Assembly: GCA_020137815.1 (NCBI GenBank)
Contig: CM035357.1
Span: forward strand, 8,184,001 to 8,248,000
Source: Hormiphora californensis
Lineage: Eukaryota; Animalia; Ctenophora
Direction of reading: 5' to 3'
DNA length: 64,000 bases
In this document: piece by piece, positions 62,811 to 64,000 of the stretch
Layout: the number at the start of each line of letters is the position of its first letter
Numbering within the stretch: the first letter of the stretch is position 1
Made by a program: the position numbers and the translations under genes
The notes under the pieces: generated by a model
Seen by the model: the letters and a program-made list of their open reading frames with translations, nothing else
What the model was told of the DNA's origin: nothing
Database searches by the model: none

Positions 62811-63779
62811 CTCACTCACGCAGGAACACCCCTCTCACCCGCTGCACCAACCCGCACGTGCAGCCTTCGATTACCCGCTGGGTAGGGGCTATGGCAACCC
62901 CTTGACAACCCCCTCTCTGTTTGCACGTGTGGATACGACATATTCATCACGCCACGCATTTCTATCACTGCACTGGCAAGTGCCCCGGGGCCCATCCACC
63001 CCCCCCCCCTTTCCAAGAAAGAAAGAAAAATGCGAGGGGCCGTCAGGCCCCGAAGCTAGAGAGAGAGAATGAGTGTGTTTGAAGTAGGTACACTAGGGGA
63101 AAGAAGCCTCTAAAGTGCACACTCTCCCTTTCACTTCTACAGTGCAGTACATACGGACGAGACCGGATTTCAGGATCAAATTACACAAGCATGCAGTTGA
63201 ACTAGAGTTATGAAACTTGGTATCCAGCTTTCCTTTTACTATCACTGCTGGAATCCAAGTTTATAGACTGATTGAAGCTAAGATGCTGAAACGGTAGGGG
63301 TGTCAAATTCGGGTATAAAAGTGTCGTCTATATATAGATAGATAGATATATATACCACCAAAATCCCGGGAGCTTAGCTCTTGAAAACGGTTAAAGCTAT
63401 CAAGTTGAAATTTTGTGGAGTCATAGTCCTCGATAGGGTGCGTGTAATAGGATATTTTTTGTTTCATACAACCTTAATTAAGACCTAATTATGCCCTAAT
63501 TAAGTATGCATTTCCCACCTATCTCCAGACTGGGTGGTCGGAGAGACTTCTTTTATAGCTTATCCGAACCGGAAACGTCGATTTATGGGGGGTCGTTCCC
63601 CGAACAAAAAGTCGTATCTCGCACCCTTCTTAAGTAATGCACATATTTATGATTTAATACAATCATTCGCTGTATGGCTAATACTAGAAACTTTGAATTG
63701 GTGTTTGACGTAAAAAGATCGAAGTACATATATGCAGCAGATTTACCAAAAAAGAGAAACATCATACCAAAAAGAAGAG

Positions 63780-63990
63780 AAACTAGTACCAAAAACCAAT
63801 CAAATTGGTTTGGATGACCCGGGGCCCAAAGGCGTCGGGATGCAAAATGTTGGTAGGATAAAACATTACTTTTGTAGGAAAATCTAAAAATGCGTCAAGA
63901 AAACACTATTGTAGCTGGTGAAGGTCGCATCCCGACGCCTTTGGGCCCCGGGTCATCCAAACCAATTTGATTGGTTTTTGGTACTAGTTT
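63780..63990. repeat. Palindrome with ~64-bp perfect arms
   Basis: aaactagtaccaaaaaccaatcaaattggtttggatgacccggggcccaaaggcgtcgggatgc and its reverse complement. Confidence 0.88.
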
Positions 63991-64000
63991 TACAATACTA

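Noticed and set aside
63035-63060. Hairpin ggggcc-gtca-ggcccc followed by CTAG as a Helitron 3' end
   Set aside because: Followed by A rather than T, and no matching 5' end was identified.

Overview
Animal (eukaryotic) genomic DNA, not prokaryotic. The window holds part of one + strand, multi-exon gene whose introns (6.6-14.5 kb) are filled with transposable elements. Five exons with GT-AG boundaries join in frame: 4764-5274, 16670-16764, 26868-31587, 46042-46181 and 52762-52984, about 1,896 codons in total. The 3' part encodes an LSm11-like protein (U7 snRNP-specific Sm-like subunit): a FLASH-binding-like FDP segment, the NVLxxM linker, Sm motif 1 ([28 protein letters not shown]) and the start of the long Sm1-Sm2 loop. 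More than 1,600 apparently disordered residues precede the normal LSm11 N-terminus and include an ARS2-recruitment-like acidic motif (LDEGEV..EEGEL). This suggests a giant LSm11 or, as a hypothesis, a FLASH-like/LSm11 fusion. The start codon and Sm motif 2 were not found in the window. The introns contain LINE fragments (CR1/L2-group, RNase H-bearing LOA/I-like, RTE-X-like, CRE-like, and an ORF1-only polyadenylated copy) and a tRNA-derived SINE head. They also contain many nested MITE/foldback elements with readable TSDs (TA, 3, 8 and 9 bp), tandem Helitron-like units, mini/microsatellites, a composite 137/470-bp satellite, and a 3.2-kb tandem duplication that may be an assembly artefact. Similarities to known proteins are from recall, not from database searches.
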